From assembly GCA_048938895.1 (NCBI GenBank), contig JBHLLU010000002.1, positions 64,001 to 128,000 on the forward strand: 64,000 nt of DNA. Reading direction: 5' to 3'. The notes beneath the pieces are model-generated. The model saw nothing but the letters and a program-made list of their open reading frames with translations, made no database searches and had not been told where the DNA came from. This document shows positions 40,433-51,525 of the stretch, piece by piece (position 1 is the stretch's first letter; each line of letters starts with the position of its first letter). This stretch comes from Promethearchaeota archaeon (lineage in GTDB: Archaea; Asgardarchaeota; Lokiarchaeia; Sigyniarchaeales; SOKP01). The position numbers and the translations under genes were made by a program.

Positions 40433-42409
40433 ATGAAAATTGGAAACAAATTTCCGATTGCTATAGGTGTATTATTATTTGTGATAATTCCTATAGCAAT
40501 GAGCCCTGTCTCAGTAGCAGCAGTCCCCGGTATTCCCAAAAAGCGATCTACAGATTCGCCTCGTTATCAAACTATGTGGATGGCAGGAAGTTATAATGGT
40601 GCAGGTAATTTTATACCATGGAGTACTGGTTTACACCCAGGTACAGATTGCGGAATGTATGAAGCCTTATTTGGGAGAAATACTTTACTTGGAGTGGATG
40701 TTCCATGTATAGGTACTTCCTATGCTTGGAATGCGGATGGTTCTTCCGTTACTATCGAATTAAATCCTAATGCTAAATGGTCTGATGGTGAACCAATTGA
40801 TGCTTCAGATGTGGCATATAGTTTTGAACTTGCTGGTAAGCAAGCTAGATATAAAACTGATTTTGCATTAAGATTTGCTGATTTTGTTGTAGTAGATAAT
40901 GATACAGTTCGATTTGATATGAACCCCGGTTTTAATTTTAGTCGACAAGTCGAAGTTTGGATGAAAGGTAACATTCCAATTATACCTGAACATATTTGGA
41001 CTACAATTGAAGCTGAAGAAAGTGATGCTGGTGATTTCTCAACCGCAGCCTTTCAATATGATTGGTTTGATAAGGCAGATACACCTGACGAATGGAAAGT
41101 AATTTCTGGTCCTTATGCTCCTGTCTATCGAAATGCAATGGAGACAACTTGTATATATCAGTATCGAGGAGAAGATTGGTGGGGGCATGATATTCTTTAC
41201 ACAGATCTCCCAAATTATTCACCAGAACAAAGAGATAATCCTGGTAAAGAAGGTGGTATTCCTAAATATTTGGCATCCAACGCGTTTTGGGATAATCCAG
41301 CACAAGATCTTGCCTTTATTGAAGGAACAATAGATTTATTTGGTGGTTATTATGCTAACATCTGGGAAGTATGGGAAACCGCTGATCCAGGTAGCTCTCA
41401 ATCATATGTTACTACTTGGTATGGTCATAATCCTCCATATATGTTAGCAGCAAGTGCTCTTATGAATCTTGTTCCTAATCATGAGCTTGCAAATTCACCT
41501 TTAGGGGTAGCAGAATTCAGACAAGCCTTATCATATGCTATTAATTATGATCCCATTCCTGGCGATGCTGCCTCGGGATATTGGACACAAGCTAAGCCTG
41601 GATGGATCGATAATAATAGTATATTACATGAGCCCTACTATAATGCCACAATTACTCAAGACTATAGAAAATATTTAAATGTTTCTAAAGCAATAGAGAT
41701 ATTAGAAGGCATTCCTGGTATGACGGGTAATGTAACTGACGGATGGACTTATAATGGAGTTCCTGTTGGACCTTACACGGCAATTACTCCTACTGGCTGG
41801 ACTGATGCTACTGCATTTACAACCTATGTAACTGATGATATAAGAACGAATTTAAATATCGACATAACGGTTTCGGAAGTTGAATATGGAACTGTTTATC
41901 AAGATTCAATAGCCAATAAAAACTTTGAGTTTGCCATGGGTTGTGTTGGGAATCGGTTAGCAGATCCTCCTGCAAGATTTCTTGATTATCTGAGAGGAGA
42001 GCACTTATGGAATAAAAACCAAAGCAGCTGGGTTAACGATGAATTTAATGACTTATGGAATTTATTAGATGCTGCACCTGAAGCAAACTATTCAGCTTAT
42101 TTGAACAGAATGCAAGAAATTATAGCACAAGAAGTTCCAGAAATAGCAGGCTTTGTTAATGGATATTGGTATGCTGTTTCTGAGTATCAATGGACAGGCT
42201 GGGCTACTGAAGCTAATGACTTCCAACAGATAATTACCTCTTGGACTGATGATCAATTCTGCATGAAAGCAAGATTAATGTTGAATTTAGTAAACACAGG
42301 CAGAAAACCAGAAGCAGCGATTCCATGGTTTGGTTTAGAAATCTTTCTATTAGTGGGAGTCGTTTCTCTTACAATTGTAACTGTTTTTAGATTAAAAAGA
42401 AAGAGGTAA
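40433..42409 (+). CDS. ABC substrate-binding protein, family 5 (probably oligosaccharide-binding)
   Basis: Signal peptide, AKWSDGEPIDASDV, FRQALSYAINY, PTGWTD, C-terminal IPWFG-TM-KRKR; flanked by GH94 genes. Confidence 0.88.
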   Translation: MKIGNKFPIAIGVLLFVIIPIAMSPVSVAAVPGIPKKRSTDSPRYQTMWMAGSYNGAGNFIPWSTGLHPGTDCGMYEALFGRNTLLGVDVPCIGTSYAWNADGSSVTIELNPNAKWSDGEPIDASDVAYSFELAGKQARYKTDFALRFADFVVVDNDTVRFDMNPGFNFSRQVEVWMKGNIPIIPEHIWTTIEAEESDAGDFSTAAFQYDWFDKADTPDEWKVISGPYAPVYRNAMETTCIYQYRGEDWWGHDILYTDLPNYSPEQRDNPGKEGGIPKYLASNAFWDNPAQDLAFIEGTIDLFGGYYANIWEVWETADPGSSQSYVTTWYGHNPPYMLAASALMNLVPNHELANSPLGVAEFRQALSYAINYDPIPGDAASGYWTQAKPGWIDNNSILHEPYYNATITQDYRKYLNVSKAIEILEGIPGMTGNVTDGWTYNGVPVGPYTAITPTGWTDATAFTTYVTDDIRTNLNIDITVSEVEYGTVYQDSIANKNFEFAMGCVGNRLADPPARFLDYLRGEHLWNKNQSSWVNDEFNDLWNLLDAAPEANYSAYLNRMQEIIAQEVPEIAGFVNGYWYAVSEYQWTGWATEANDFQQIITSWTDDQFCMKARLMLNLVNTGRKPEAAIPWFGLEIFLLVGVVSLTIVTVFRLKRKR

Positions 42410-42532
42410 TCGATATAAGCATATATAATTTTAAAATTAAATAACTTTTTTTTCTTTTATTATTACGATTAAATATATAAATTATTAAAGAAATTATAAA
42501 ATACAAATAAACTTCTTTACTATGATACTCTA

Positions 42533-43873
42533 ATGAGATTAACAAAAATGGGAATAACAGAGAAAAAGGAAATTGAAGAACAGGATTCTCTTTCACTAGA
42601 TAGAAAAACTCTTGGTATTATTATGGAAGTGCCTGGAGTGATTTTGTTATTTGTTTTTTCGTTTTTGGCTTTGATAGATATTTTATATTTTATATATTTT
42701 TTACATCCTAGATATTTTAACTTTTATATATTTTACATCCTAATTCCTGCCTTCTTGACGGTCTTACTTGCGATATTTGGAGAAATTCTTAGGAGTAGTG
42801 ATAAAAAGGATATGGCTGTATTTACTACTACTAATCGTAGACTTATAAAAATCATTTCACATTTTAAAAAAATCATTTCAAATTCCTTTTTACGTATGGC
42901 CATAAAAAAAGGAATTTTCTATTTTGTTGTATTTTTCATCGCAGTTACATTAGCTTTTCTGATACCCAGACTGGTACCGGGGAATGTTTTGGAATATATT
43001 TATCAAAGACCACAAGGAACCCCTCAAGCAGTGTGGGATGAACAAATAAAGGGATTGGAAGAGTATTTAGGATTAAATTATCCACTTCCTATTCAATATA
43101 TTAACTTCTTAAGAAGTTTCTTTTTTGGATTTGATTTAGGATATTCTACGTTATATAGGCTTGAACCGGTAATAAACATAGTTGAAAGAACACTTCCCTA
43201 TACTTTAATGTTAGTTATTCCAGTTTTAATAATTACTTTTTACATTGGAAATTGGATTGGAGCCCGTGCGGGTTATTCTGGAAAAAAAAAAGATAAAATC
43301 CTTTATTATGTGTTTGTGGTATTACAAACAGCACCTTTTTTTTGGTTGGGATATGTATTTGTGGATTTGTTTATTGTTGAATTAAATTGGTTTCCTTATG
43401 GAGGAACTGTACCTCCTTGGGCATGGGACTGGAATGCAATAACTACAATATTTAATCATTATTGGTTACCTCTCGTAGTTTTAATCCTTACGAATATTGG
43501 AGGATGGTCTACTGGAGCATATTCACTTATGACTTTTGAAAAAGGTGAGGACTATTTAGCATATGCAAATAAATTAGGATTTAAAGATAAAACAATGCGT
43601 AAATATGCCTTTCGTAATAGTATGTTACCACAATTTACTGGATTGAATTTACGTTTTAACGGATTGATTGGGGCAACATTGATTACGGAAGTAATCTTTA
43701 ATTTTCCTGGTTTAGGGGCTACAATGCTTCAAGCTTTTAACAATCATGATTATAATTTAATTATTGGAACTTTTATAGTAACTATTATTGTAGTAGTTCT
43801 GGGAAATTATTTAATAGACATGTGCTATGCGGTACTTGATCCCAGAATACGAGTTGGAGGTAAAGGTGAATAA
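42533..43873 (+). CDS. ABC permease, DppB/OppB-like, with N-terminal TM extension
   Basis: PRLVPG, FDLGYS, TEVIFNFPGLG, LDPRIR. Confidence 0.9.
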   Translation: MRLTKMGITEKKEIEEQDSLSLDRKTLGIIMEVPGVILLFVFSFLALIDILYFIYFLHPRYFNFYIFYILIPAFLTVLLAIFGEILRSSDKKDMAVFTTTNRRLIKIISHFKKIISNSFLRMAIKKGIFYFVVFFIAVTLAFLIPRLVPGNVLEYIYQRPQGTPQAVWDEQIKGLEEYLGLNYPLPIQYINFLRSFFFGFDLGYSTLYRLEPVINIVERTLPYTLMLVIPVLIITFYIGNWIGARAGYSGKKKDKILYYVFVVLQTAPFFWLGYVFVDLFIVELNWFPYGGTVPPWAWDWNAITTIFNHYWLPLVVLILTNIGGWSTGAYSLMTFEKGEDYLAYANKLGFKDKTMRKYAFRNSMLPQFTGLNLRFNGLIGATLITEVIFNFPGLGATMLQAFNNHDYNLIIGTFIVTIIVVVLGNYLIDMCYAVLDPRIRVGGKGE

Positions 43874-43878
43874 AAAAC

Positions 43879-44796
43879 ATGACTAAAGAATTAGAGATAG
43901 AAGGAATAGAATTAGAAGAGAGTTCTTTTAAAGAAGTCTTAAAGGAGAAATTTCACAATGCTATGGCTCGATATAAAGCTCAATTAATTTTACTTCTTGT
44001 TTTTTTAATTGTAGTATTGATAATTGTAATCTTAACCTATATTCCTCCTTTTAATAAACCTGAGAAAGTTTATTGGGTAGAAGGTAGCAGAGATAATTTT
44101 AGTGATCCAACATTAAAACATCTTTTAGGGACTGATCAACATGGAAGGGATTACTTAACTCGTCTATTGCATGCTATTAGAAATTCTTTAGCATTTGGTT
44201 TTATCACGGGTTTACTATGCACGGGAATAGCTGTATTTCTAGGTATAATTGGACCCTTTAAAGGGGGAGCTACAGATACAACTACTTCCTTTATTACGAA
44301 TATTGCTTTAGTTTTCCCTCAAATACCTTTTATTTTATTAATGTCGGCTATTTTACAAACTCGTGAATGGTGGATAACGATGCTAATCATAGGATTATTC
44401 ACCTGGCCTTGGGCGGCGCGTTCTATTAGATCTCAAGTTTTGACATTAAAAGAAAGAAATTATGTAAAAGTTGCAAAAATGTCCGGTTTAAAAGCATCGC
44501 AGATAGCTTTCGGAGAAGTTTTACCTAATGTGTTACCCTATATATTCTTGGCTTTTATTATATTTTTAGGTAATGCTATTATAATTGAAGCAGGAATAGC
44601 AATTATTGGATTAGGTCAACAAAATTGGTTAACATTAGGTTTATTATTGAATGACGCAGTAAGGTGGGGTTTGATATTTCCTAGAAGACTTTATGCTATG
44701 TGGTTAACTCCGGGAATTTGCTTGATATTAATATATTTAGCATTCTTCATAATACACTCAAGTGTAAGTCGGACCTTTGAACAAAGAAAAGTATAA
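43879..44796 (+). CDS. ABC permease, DppC/OppC-like
   Basis: HLLGTDQHGRD, WPWAARSIRSQVL, EAA-loop region. Confidence 0.9.
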   Translation: MTKELEIEGIELEESSFKEVLKEKFHNAMARYKAQLILLLVFLIVVLIIVILTYIPPFNKPEKVYWVEGSRDNFSDPTLKHLLGTDQHGRDYLTRLLHAIRNSLAFGFITGLLCTGIAVFLGIIGPFKGGATDTTTSFITNIALVFPQIPFILLMSAILQTREWWITMLIIGLFTWPWAARSIRSQVLTLKERNYVKVAKMSGLKASQIAFGEVLPNVLPYIFLAFIIFLGNAIIIEAGIAIIGLGQQNWLTLGLLLNDAVRWGLIFPRRLYAMWLTPGICLILIYLAFFIIHSSVSRTFEQRKV

Positions 44797-44815
44797 AATA
44801 TTAAGAAAGAAAAAT

Positions 44816-45814
44816 ATGACAGAAGAAGTAATTAAAATAAAGGATCTTAAGGGCTATTATAGAGGATCATTTGGGGTTGTTCATGCTGTTGATGGAGTAT
44901 CATTATCTGTTAATAAGGGAGATATAATGGGAATAGCAGGTGAATCTGGATGTGGAAAAACATCTTTAGCAGAATTAATAACAGGAAGACCGATACAATT
45001 GTTACATCATGAGGAAGGACAAGTTTACGTCAATAATCTTTCAATGTATGAATTAGATGCAGAGGTTATAAGAAAAGAAATTCTCTGTAAAGTGATGGGA
45101 TATGTACCTCAAGCTTCTCAGAATTCATTAAATCCAGTTAAAAGAATTAGAAATTTTATATTAGATGCAATGATAGAACGGATAGGAACAAAACCTAAAA
45201 ATAAAGAAAAAGTTTTAAATCAAGTAGCCGAACACTTTAAAAAATTGGGTTTAGAACAATCAGTTATAGATAAATATCCACATGAACTTAGCGGGGGAAT
45301 GAAACAACGTGTCATTGTAGGCATATCTACCCTATGGAATCCACTTATATTAATTGTAGACGAACCAACAAGTGCATTAGATGTAACTACTCAACAACTT
45401 TTGATAAAAACATTAATTAATCTGAAAAAGGCAGGAATTGTTGAGACAATATTATTTATTTCTCATGATCTTCCCACTCTAGCACAAATTTGCAATTTAT
45501 GCATAATAATGTATGCTGGAAAAATTGTCGAAAAAGCAAGTATGGATGATATCATTAGTAATCCTCAACACCCATATACTAAAATGTTGATACGTTCGAT
45601 AGCATGTTTTAACCCAGATGGATCTGCTGAGACAAACTTAGAGGGAATTCCAGGAAACCCTCCAGATTTGAAAAATCCTCCTAAAGGTTGTAGATTTTAT
45701 CCACGTTGCACAAGTAGATTAGAAAAGTGTAAGGAAAACTATCCCCCATTTTTCATTCCAAGAACAGAGAGTAATCCAGTAGCATGCTGGTTATATGAGG
45801 AGGTTGGTGATTAA
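44816..45814 (+). CDS. ABC ATP-binding protein, DppD-like
   Basis: GESGCGKT, LSGGMKQR, DEPT, C-terminal GCRF..RC..C..C; ATG 44816 preferred over TTG 44777. Confidence 0.92.
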   Translation: MTEEVIKIKDLKGYYRGSFGVVHAVDGVSLSVNKGDIMGIAGESGCGKTSLAELITGRPIQLLHHEEGQVYVNNLSMYELDAEVIRKEILCKVMGYVPQASQNSLNPVKRIRNFILDAMIERIGTKPKNKEKVLNQVAEHFKKLGLEQSVIDKYPHELSGGMKQRVIVGISTLWNPLILIVDEPTSALDVTTQQLLIKTLINLKKAGIVETILFISHDLPTLAQICNLCIIMYAGKIVEKASMDDIISNPQHPYTKMLIRSIACFNPDGSAETNLEGIPGNPPDLKNPPKGCRFYPRCTSRLEKCKENYPPFFIPRTESNPVACWLYEEVGD

Positions 45815-45816
45815 TA

Positions 45817-46617
45817 ATGAAGAAGGAAATATTAAAAATTCAAAATCTTACAAAAAAATATACCTCTGGTCTTATAAGAACCAAAGAGACAATAGCAGTT
45901 AAAGATGTCTCATTTAATTTATATTATGGAGAGATTATTTCTCTTGTTGGTGAAAGTGGAAGTGGAAAAACAACTATTGCTAATTTAATATTAAGGTTTA
46001 TTCAACCAACAGAAGGAAAAATATTTTATGATGGGAGAGAAATCCATAATATTCCAACGAGAGACTATTATAAAAATGTTCAAGGGATCTTTCAAGACCC
46101 TTATAGCTCTTTTAATTATTTTTATAGAATTGATCATATGTTAAATCAAGCTTTAAAATATAGTCTAAAAGGTATTGCTAATAAAAGAAAAGAACTTGAA
46201 TCTGCGTTAACTATTGTAGGACTTAATAAAGGAGATATCTTGGGAAGATTTCCACATCAAATATCAGGAGGTCAATTGCAGCGTGTTTTAATCGCAAGAG
46301 CGTTATTATTTAAACCAAAATTGATAATCGCAGATGAACCAACAAGCATGATTGATTCAAGCTCCCGGGCAGACATATTGAACCTTTTCAAAGAATTAAG
46401 AAAAGGAACAACTTATACAGAAGGTATTTCAATAATATTCATTACACATGACATAGGACAAGCGCAATACGTATCAAATCGGGTAATAATTATGAAAGAG
46501 GGGAGAATTGTTGAAGAAGGTCCAACAAGTGACGTTTTTCTCAATCCTTGTCAGCCGTATACTCAAAATTTATTAGGTTGTTGTCCAAGTATTTATCGAA
46601 AATGGGAATTGGATTAA
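45817..46617 (+). CDS. ABC ATP-binding protein, DppF-like
   Basis: GESGSGKT, ISGGQLQR, DEPTS. Confidence 0.92.
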   Translation: MKKEILKIQNLTKKYTSGLIRTKETIAVKDVSFNLYYGEIISLVGESGSGKTTIANLILRFIQPTEGKIFYDGREIHNIPTRDYYKNVQGIFQDPYSSFNYFYRIDHMLNQALKYSLKGIANKRKELESALTIVGLNKGDILGRFPHQISGGQLQRVLIARALLFKPKLIIADEPTSMIDSSSRADILNLFKELRKGTTYTEGISIIFITHDIGQAQYVSNRVIIMKEGRIVEEGPTSDVFLNPCQPYTQNLLGCCPSIYRKWELD

Positions 46618-46710
46618 ATAAATGAGGTTACATATGCAAATCTAAAATTTTGTAAATGAGTTCAGTCAGAAAGGTAAAATTGTATCATTTTTATCAAGTT
46701 TAATTATAAT

Positions 46711-49167
46711 ATGGTGAAGATTTTAAAATTTGGATATTTTGATGATGAAAAGCGAGAGTATGTAATTACAAGGCCAGATACTCCTCTTCCATGGATTAAT
46801 TATTTGGGCTGTGAGTCATATTTTGGTATAATTTCTAATACTGCAGGTGGATTTTCCTTTTACAAAGATGCAGGATTACGACGTTTAACTCGATATCGAC
46901 ATAATAATGTTCCTTCTGACTCCAATGGACGCTATTTATATATTCGCGATAATAAGAATTCAGAGTTTTGGTCTCCTACTTGGCAGCCTACTCGCAGTAA
47001 TTTGGAACAATATAAATGTAGACATGGATTAGGATATACCATAATTAATTCCAATTACAAAAATATTGAAGCGAAAATCTGCTATTTTATTCCTTTAGGT
47101 AATAATCTAGAAATCTGGCAACTTACTCTAAAAAACCATCGAAAAAATATAATTGATTTATCAATCTTTTCTTGTATTGAATTTTGTTTATGGAATGCAT
47201 ACGATGATGCCACAAATTTTCAAAGAAATTTCAATCTTGGAGAAACTGAGGTTGAAAGTGGAGTAATTTACCATAAGACTGAATATCGTGAAAGAAGAAA
47301 TCATTTTGCGTTTTTTGCTTGTTCAGAATCCATTGAAGGTTTTGATACACAGAGAAATGATTTTTTGGGATTATATCGTGGTTGGGATAACCCTCTTGCA
47401 GTAGAGGAAGGCCAATCATCTGATTCTATAACCCATGGTTGGGCACCTATAGGTTCTCATCATTTGAAAATTACCCTAGATCCCGGTGAAACACATCAGA
47501 TTATTTTCCTTCTTGGTTATCATGAAAATGAAGCTAGCCAGAAATTTGATCCCATTGACTCTCAAAAAATTAATAAAACAACAGTTATGAAGATAATCAC
47601 TAAATTTTTAAATCCAATAAATGTTAACAATGCGTTTAAAACTCTAAAAATTCATTGGGAAAAATTACTTGGTGTTATGCAAGTTGACACGCCTGACATT
47701 CACACTAATAGAATGGTTAATATTTGGAATCTCTATCAATGTGTAATTACATTTAATTTAGCTAGATCTGTTTCACTTTTTGAATCTGGAATTAGTAGAG
47801 GGATTGGATTTCGTGATTCTAACCAAGATTTACTTGGATTTATACATATGGATCCAACAAAAGCTCGAGCACGAATTTTAGATCTAGCATCTACTCAACT
47901 ACTAACAGGTGGAGCTTATCATCAATTCCAACCGCTAACAAAACGGGGTAACAATGCAATTGGGAGTGGATTTAATGATGATCCACTATGGTTAGTATTA
48001 AGCGTTGCAGTATATTTAAAAGAAACAGGAGACTGGGGTATTCTAGATGAGCAACTACCCTATGAGAACAAGTCTGGAACGGAACAACCATTAATTCACC
48101 ATTTAAAGAGTAGTCTACATTACATACACGAACGGATAGGTCCACATGGATTACCACTTATCGGTCGTGCAGATTGGAATGATTGTTTAAATTTAAACTG
48201 TTTTTCTGAAGTTCCTGGTCAGTCTTTCCAAACAACGATAAATAAGGAGGGGAATGTAGCCGAATCAATGTTTATAGCTGCTTTATTCGTTAAAGTAACA
48301 AAAGAGTTTGCTAAAATCCTTCAACAAAGGGATTTAGTTGATCAATCGAAGAAGTATTTCGAATGGGCAGAAAGTATGAATTCTACGATTTTAAATTATG
48401 GTTGGGACGGAGAATGGTTTATCCGGGCTTATGATGATAATGGGAATAAGGTTGGGTCTCATGAATGTGAAGAGGGTCAAATTTATATTGAACCCCAAGG
48501 ATTTTGTATTTATGCTGAAGTGGGTATAAATGAAGGCTTAGCAGAAAAAGCACTAGATTCTGTAAAAAATAAATTAGCTACAGACAACGGTATTATGCTG
48601 CTTCAACCTCCATATTCCAAATATTACTTAAATTTAGGTGAAATCACATCATATCCCCCTGGATATAAAGAAAATGGGTCAATATTTTGTCATACAAATC
48701 CTTGGATTATGATCGCCGAAACTTTGGTGGGAAACGGTGATGCAGCACATAAATATTATACACTGATTAATCCATCAGTACGAGAATCCATAAGTGATGT
48801 CCATCGTTGTGAACCATATGTTTACGCACAAACTATTGCTGGAAAAGATGCACCAACATCCGGAGAAGCCAAAAACTCTTGGTTGACTGGAACCGCTGCT
48901 TGGAATTTAATAGCAATAACAAATTATATCCTTGGTATACGTCCTGATTACAATGGGCTATGTATTTCACCAATAATCCCAAAAAATTGGTCTGGATTTA
49001 AAGCAACTCGCACATTTCGCAGTGTAAAATATCAAATCTCTGTAGAAAGGGTTGGTATGGGTAATAATTCAATAATTTATGTTAATAATAAACAAATTGA
49101 AGGGAATATCATACCATTACCCCCTCCAGGGGCAGAAGAAATATTCATAAAAGTTAAAATCTCCTGA
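46711..49167 (+). CDS. GH94 cellobiose phosphorylase-like enzyme
   Basis: GRADWNDCLNLNCFS.PG.SFQT, HKTEYRERRNH, NSWLTGTAAW as in characterised cellobiose phosphorylases. Confidence 0.9.
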   Translation: MVKILKFGYFDDEKREYVITRPDTPLPWINYLGCESYFGIISNTAGGFSFYKDAGLRRLTRYRHNNVPSDSNGRYLYIRDNKNSEFWSPTWQPTRSNLEQYKCRHGLGYTIINSNYKNIEAKICYFIPLGNNLEIWQLTLKNHRKNIIDLSIFSCIEFCLWNAYDDATNFQRNFNLGETEVESGVIYHKTEYRERRNHFAFFACSESIEGFDTQRNDFLGLYRGWDNPLAVEEGQSSDSITHGWAPIGSHHLKITLDPGETHQIIFLLGYHENEASQKFDPIDSQKINKTTVMKIITKFLNPINVNNAFKTLKIHWEKLLGVMQVDTPDIHTNRMVNIWNLYQCVITFNLARSVSLFESGISRGIGFRDSNQDLLGFIHMDPTKARARILDLASTQLLTGGAYHQFQPLTKRGNNAIGSGFNDDPLWLVLSVAVYLKETGDWGILDEQLPYENKSGTEQPLIHHLKSSLHYIHERIGPHGLPLIGRADWNDCLNLNCFSEVPGQSFQTTINKEGNVAESMFIAALFVKVTKEFAKILQQRDLVDQSKKYFEWAESMNSTILNYGWDGEWFIRAYDDNGNKVGSHECEEGQIYIEPQGFCIYAEVGINEGLAEKALDSVKNKLATDNGIMLLQPPYSKYYLNLGEITSYPPGYKENGSIFCHTNPWIMIAETLVGNGDAAHKYYTLINPSVRESISDVHRCEPYVYAQTIAGKDAPTSGEAKNSWLTGTAAWNLIAITNYILGIRPDYNGLCISPIIPKNWSGFKATRTFRSVKYQISVERVGMGNNSIIYVNNKQIEGNIIPLPPPGAEEIFIKVKIS

Positions 49168-49207
49168 AAGATCCAATGAATACATGTTTATGAGTTCAAA
49201 AACTATC

Positions 49208-50632
49208 TTATTTTTTTCTAATTTTCATAATTCTGGTTTTTTCTTTCAACATAGAAACTGCCTGAACAGCTTCTTCAATACTATGAAAGACGGGAATATT
49301 TGACAATTCTAAAGCTTCAGTAATAGTTCCATACTTTGGAATATAAGGGATAAAACAAATAACAGGTTTTCTTGAATAGATAACTGTATTCGCAATTCTT
49401 CGTCCAATCTGAAAAGTAATAGATGGTGTATATGGTAAAATTAACACTATAATGCACTCAATTCGTTCAATATTAGATAAGTATTTAATCAGATTTTCTA
49501 AATCTTCATCTCTTGCCGATCCTGTAAGATCTATCGGGTCATTAAATGTTGCTATACTTCGGGCAACTGGATTTACTAGTTCTTTCATTTCCTGTTTTTC
49601 TTCTTCTGTGAAATCAACCACAGACAATCCATATTCTTTTAATAAATCAGTACAAATTACACCATGACCGCCTGATAAAGAAAGTATCGCTACTTTTCCC
49701 TCTTCAATTGTATTGGGATTAAAAGGCTTCTTCTTATGTGATAATATATCTAATAATTTTAAATCTGTCAACAACTCAAGTTCTGTAAATGGTTGTATTA
49801 TCAAATTTTGTTTTAATGCCGCTTGAAGTATTTTTTCATTACCTGAGAGACTTGCAGTATGAGACTGGGTTGCTCTTTTACCTTTTTCAGATAAACCACC
49901 GAAATATACGATGACATCATCTTCAGATTCTCTCGCTAATTCGAGAAATTCCCTACTTTTGGAGGATTTAAAAGCCTCTAAATAAAATGCAATATTACGT
50001 GTCTCTTCATCTTGTGTACTAAAGTATTTTAGTAGCATTGCTTCATCTACGATTGCGCGATTTCCTATGGATACTGCGGTTGAAACTCCTATATTAATTT
50101 GATTAAATTTATGAAAAAATTGATCAACTAAAACCCCTCCTGATTGGCTAATTAGAGCAACTGAACCCTTTGGAGGACGCGTTATCCGCTCTGTCGGCAT
50201 GAAAATTGTGTCTAACAACGGAGGTGAATATACACCTATGCAATTCGGCCCAAGAACTGCAATATCACTATCATTTGCAATTTTTATGAGTTTTTCTTGA
50301 CGTTTTATTCCATCTCCCCCTATTTCTGCAAATCCTCCACTTACTATTATACAAGCAGAAATATTGTATTCCACACACTGTTGTACATAATCAAGAGTGT
50401 CTTTTGCTGGTATTGCGATTACTAGTACATCTGGAGTTTTTGGAAGTTCTCCCAAGTTTTTATTTAATTCTACTCCCTCAATTTCTCCCCCTTCTGGATG
50501 AATGCCGTAGACATCAACCTGCATCTCAAAAACATTTTTAATAAAAATGATTCTTCCCGGACTTAAAGGATTTTTTCTACTAATTCCAACTACAGCCATA
50601 GTTTTTGGTTTAAACAGTTTTTCTAAATCCAT
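49208..50632 (-). CDS. Acyl-CoA synthetase (ADP-forming) alpha subunit-like
   Basis: CoA-binding N-terminus, SGGFAE, GPNCIG, SQSGG, SHTASL phospho-His, DPIDLTG. Confidence 0.85.
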   Translation of the reverse strand: MDLEKLFKPKTMAVVGISRKNPLSPGRIIFIKNVFEMQVDVYGIHPEGGEIEGVELNKNLGELPKTPDVLVIAIPAKDTLDYVQQCVEYNISACIIVSGGFAEIGGDGIKRQEKLIKIANDSDIAVLGPNCIGVYSPPLLDTIFMPTERITRPPKGSVALISQSGGVLVDQFFHKFNQINIGVSTAVSIGNRAIVDEAMLLKYFSTQDEETRNIAFYLEAFKSSKSREFLELARESEDDVIVYFGGLSEKGKRATQSHTASLSGNEKILQAALKQNLIIQPFTELELLTDLKLLDILSHKKKPFNPNTIEEGKVAILSLSGGHGVICTDLLKEYGLSVVDFTEEEKQEMKELVNPVARSIATFNDPIDLTGSARDEDLENLIKYLSNIERIECIIVLILPYTPSITFQIGRRIANTVIYSRKPVICFIPYIPKYGTITEALELSNIPVFHSIEEAVQAVSMLKEKTRIMKIRKK

Positions 50633-50682
50633 ACTTTTCCCTATATTTTCTATCTTTTTTTAAAATCGTTTAAAAATATTAG

Positions 50683-51522
50683 TTAAAGAGATTCTAGAAT
50701 ATTGCTTATTTTTTCTAATCGTTCATTCCTCGATAGTCTTTTAGTAACAGGATTATGATTTCCATATAATTCTTTATGATAAACAGATCTTTTACTTTTA
50801 TAAAATATTCCAATTTTGAATTTATGGGAATTTCTAGCGACTTTTAATGCTTCTTCTCGTGTCTGGGGTAAAATCTCCAGATATTCAATATTTTTTTTAT
50901 AATCAGCCCACTCTCGATATGATACGGCTGGTTGCAATACTTCTATGAATGAAAAACCTTCATGTTCTATAGCTTCTACTATTATATTCGTAAGATGTTT
51001 AAGTTCACCCGCATAAGCTCTTGCTACGAAAGTTGCTCCAACTTCTATCATGAGGGAAATTACATTGAATGGATCTTCAATACTCCCTAAAGGTGTTGAG
51101 GGTCCTTCCCATCCCTTTTCAGTTAATGGAGAAAACTGACCTGTAGTTAGAGCATACACACTATTATTATGTAAGATATAAGTCATGTCTTGGTTTCTTT
51201 TAGCCGCAAAAATAGTATGAGCCAATCCTTCTCCTAATCCATTTCCATCTCCCGAAAAATTTATTACCTTTAAATCGGGATTAGCTATTTTTATACCTTC
51301 TGAATTGGAAGTATTTCTACCATGTAAACCATAAAAACCACTGAGATTAAGATAATCAAAGATCTTTGCATGACACCCAATCCCTGCTGTTATTACTATT
51401 TTTTCTCTCTCAATTCCTTTTCCTTCCAAAATCGGAACAACCTTTTTTATCGCATTAAGAATTCCAAAATTTCCACATCCTGGACACCATGTATTTTCAG
51501 CATAAGTAATAAAATCTTCCAT
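50683..51522 (-). CDS. korB: 2-oxoacid:ferredoxin oxidoreductase beta subunit
   Basis: WCPGCGNFG, GIGC, GDG..NN TPP motif. Confidence 0.9.
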   Translation of the reverse strand: MEDFITYAENTWCPGCGNFGILNAIKKVVPILEGKGIEREKIVITAGIGCHAKIFDYLNLSGFYGLHGRNTSNSEGIKIANPDLKVINFSGDGNGLGEGLAHTIFAAKRNQDMTYILHNNSVYALTTGQFSPLTEKGWEGPSTPLGSIEDPFNVISLMIEVGATFVARAYAGELKHLTNIIVEAIEHEGFSFIEVLQPAVSYREWADYKKNIEYLEILPQTREEALKVARNSHKFKIGIFYKSKRSVYHKELYGNHNPVTKRLSRNERLEKISNILESL

Positions 51523-51525
51523 CTT

